Position numbers and translations under genes: made by a program. From Paecilomyces variotii (taxonomy: Eukaryota), in NCBI GenBank assembly GCA_004022145.1, contig RCNU01000004.1: 64,000 nucleotides of DNA; one strand, written 5' to 3'. The notes beneath the pieces are model-generated. The model was not told the DNA's origin and did not search any database. It saw nothing but the letters and a program-made list of their open reading frames with translations. Shown piece by piece: positions 61,703 through 64,000 of this stretch (positions are counted from its first letter, which is position 1; each line of letters starts with the position of its first letter).

Positions 61703-64000
61703 ATGGCAAGTTCGAAACGCCCAGGTGGTTATGACACCACCTCGGATTCTCAGCTGAACGACCAGATGGCAAGAGACCAATCCGCAGAATGGGTCAATCA
61801 ACAGAAGCCAACCAATTCCAGAAAGCGATTCATGTGTCACTACCCAGGCTGCGGGAAGCTCTATTCGCGGGCAGAGCATCTCGAGAGGCACGCTCTCAAC
61901 CGTATGTGATCAGGAATTCAGATCTGTGCTCAGTGGCTAATGTTCCATACCAGATGCTCCTAAAGAGATCTTTCATTGCACTTTCCCGAATTGCAAACGT
62001 CGATTCGTTCGGCAAGATCTCTGTGCTCGTCATCTCAAACGCCATATGGGACGCGGTGGCTCAGGTCTGCTGAAAAGATCAAGTAGCGCACCGGACGCAC
62101 TTGCTAAGGAAGCTGAGAGAAATTCGAGTATTGCACAGGGGGGTCTGCAGTCTCCTAGTAAGACAATGTGTAGGACGGTAATCACTCAGCAATCGCCATC
62201 TTCAGCAACATCCGGGACCCCCAGACTCGATGTGGATCAATCTGCTTCCGGTAGAGATGCTCAGCAACACCAGCACACCGATTCTGTGACCCAGGAAGTT
62301 GGGGTCGTGCCACGTCTAGGTTGGAACAATCCAATGCCTGGGCACCACAAACGTGGCGATTCGAATCATATCTCAAGTTCACATGTGGGATGGACGCCCA
62401 GCAGAGTCCCCGTTCAGCAGGATAATCTGACCTCGCCTACTCCCCACATACAGGCCAATAGACAAGCTCTAGATTCGCATGGCTCACCAGCAAACTGGGC
62501 CTCACCCAGCGGTCAGTCATACCTGCTTGGGTCTCAAATCATGCCACAAGATACAGCAAGGCAAGATACAATGCCTAGGGAAGACCGGCAATTCACAATT
62601 ACACAGCCTCCCGGATATTTGTCAATCTCTGCCAATTCACAGGCCTCACATGGTGGTGCCCCGATAGCAGGGATGGTAGAGACTCTGAACGATCAGTCAC
62701 TTTCTGAATCACCATCTTCAATCAGGAATGATTTTACGGCATGGTTCTTTGACAGCTCTCAAAATTTCTATGACAGTCTCAATGTCACGGGTACACAGCC
62801 TTTTCTGGGAGCAATGGACTTTGGAGGGCCTCCAGCGACATCAGCGTTACCGGATCACTGGACGAGTCCATTCGATGATCCTACTCGACATTCGACTGAC
62901 CTGCCAGGTCGGACGAATTTTGACGCCTTCGGCAACGGAACTGGACAGTCTACAGATACAACCCTTTCTCCTGGCCGCTGGAGGTATCTGATCGAATTTA
63001 TGCGGGTGCGATTTGTTGGAGGCAACGAACCAGCTGGTCTGTTCTACCGAGAGGAGATTCTAGGAGGTGACCATGATGACAACCAGCATATTCTCAGTCT
63101 ACATTCGATGAGATGCTACGTCACCTCCTACTGGCAGAATTTCCATGATCAGTTCCCGATCTTGCATCGACCCACGTTCTCAGCGGACAGAGCTCCGGAC
63201 CTTTTACTGCTCACTGTCATGGCTCTGGGTGCTTCATTGCTCACCAAGGAGCATAATCCTGTGGCAACACCAGCCGCCCATCGTTTTGCTAATTTTATAG
63301 CATGGCATGTCAGATGGCAAATATATATGGATGGACATTTCCACCCACCAGCAAAGCTCTGGATTTTTCAGACCTTACTCTTGTTGGAAGTCTATGAGAA
63401 GATGAATGCAACCCGCTCTCTCCATGAAAGAGCCAATGTGCATTCGCCTCTCACTGTCAATCTTATGCGCAGAAGCACAGCCCTTTACGAGGACCTCAGC
63501 ATCAATCACTCCCAGAAAACCGCGATGTCGCCCCAAGAATGGTGGGATCGATGGATAACTGCCGAGGCCACTAGACGGGTCGCTTATGGCGCCTTCTTTC
63601 TAGATGCGACACATGCAATCATGTTTGGTCATCCTGCCATTATGGTCGTGCAAGAGATACGTCTTCCCTTGCCTTGTGATGAAGCCTTGTGGTCCGCCAC
63701 ATCGCCAGCTGAAGTTGGCATGGTAGAATCATGCCTTCATGCAAACGCAATCAAGCCGACAACTTTCCTGCAGGGTCTGAAGCGGACCCTCACTGGCCGT
63801 AAAGTCCGTACAAACACGTTTGGCCGGATTGTTCTGATGGCAGGCCTCCTCTCCATTTCCTGGCATATGCGTCAGAGAGAGCAACAAATGGCGACGCTCG
63901 AAGTACCGCAAGCAATGGCTGTCCCTGACATGTGGCGAACAACTCTAGTGGAGGCATTCGACTTTTGGAAAAGAGATTTTGACGAGAACATGAACCACAT
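61703..64000 (+). CDS. C2H2 zinc-finger transcription factor with fungal-specific TF domain, truncated by the window end; intron 61902-61953
   Basis: Two fingers, CHYPGCGKLYSRAEHLERHALNH and CTFPNCKRRFVRQDLCARHLKRH. The frame stays open to the window end through YWQNFHDQFPILHRPTF, W..WITAEATRRVAYGAFFLD and LPLPCDEALW. Confidence 0.88.

Overview
Eukaryotic, intron-containing genomic DNA from a filamentous ascomycete; gene content, GT-AG introns with CTRAY branch points and protein sequences suggest Eurotiales, which is an inference. I can support 17 intact protein-coding genes, one running off the right edge. In order: Zn2Cys6 TF (+), prefoldin subunit 4 (-), Atg27 (+), P-loop sulfotransferase-like protein (-), Hsp104/ClpB (+), S10 serine carboxypeptidase (-), Rdh54/Rad54B (-), choline/GABA-type APC permease (-), PTH11-like membrane protein (+), Sec65/SRP19 (+), a second Zn2Cys6 TF (+), TCTP (-), sphingolipid C4-hydroxylase Sur2 (+), a hypothetical protein (-), a DHA1 MFS transporter (+), a short phosphatidylserine-decarboxylase-like enzyme (-) and a C2H2/fungal-TF-domain regulator (+, truncated). 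A frameshifted HNH endonuclease pseudogene lies between the hypothetical protein and the MFS gene. Two gene-free stretches (1-6850 and about 34700-42250) contain decayed coding-like relics and microsatellites. No rRNA, intact tRNA, CRISPR or intact transposon was recognised. The best leads for something undescribed are a compact MFS exporter / pyruvoyl decarboxylase / TF module at the right end, an SRP-RNA-like or Pol III-like segment just upstream of SEC65, and a decayed HNH nuclease facing away from an uncharacterised Cys/His protein. All three are hypotheses needing searches I could not run. Exon boundaries were read by eye.
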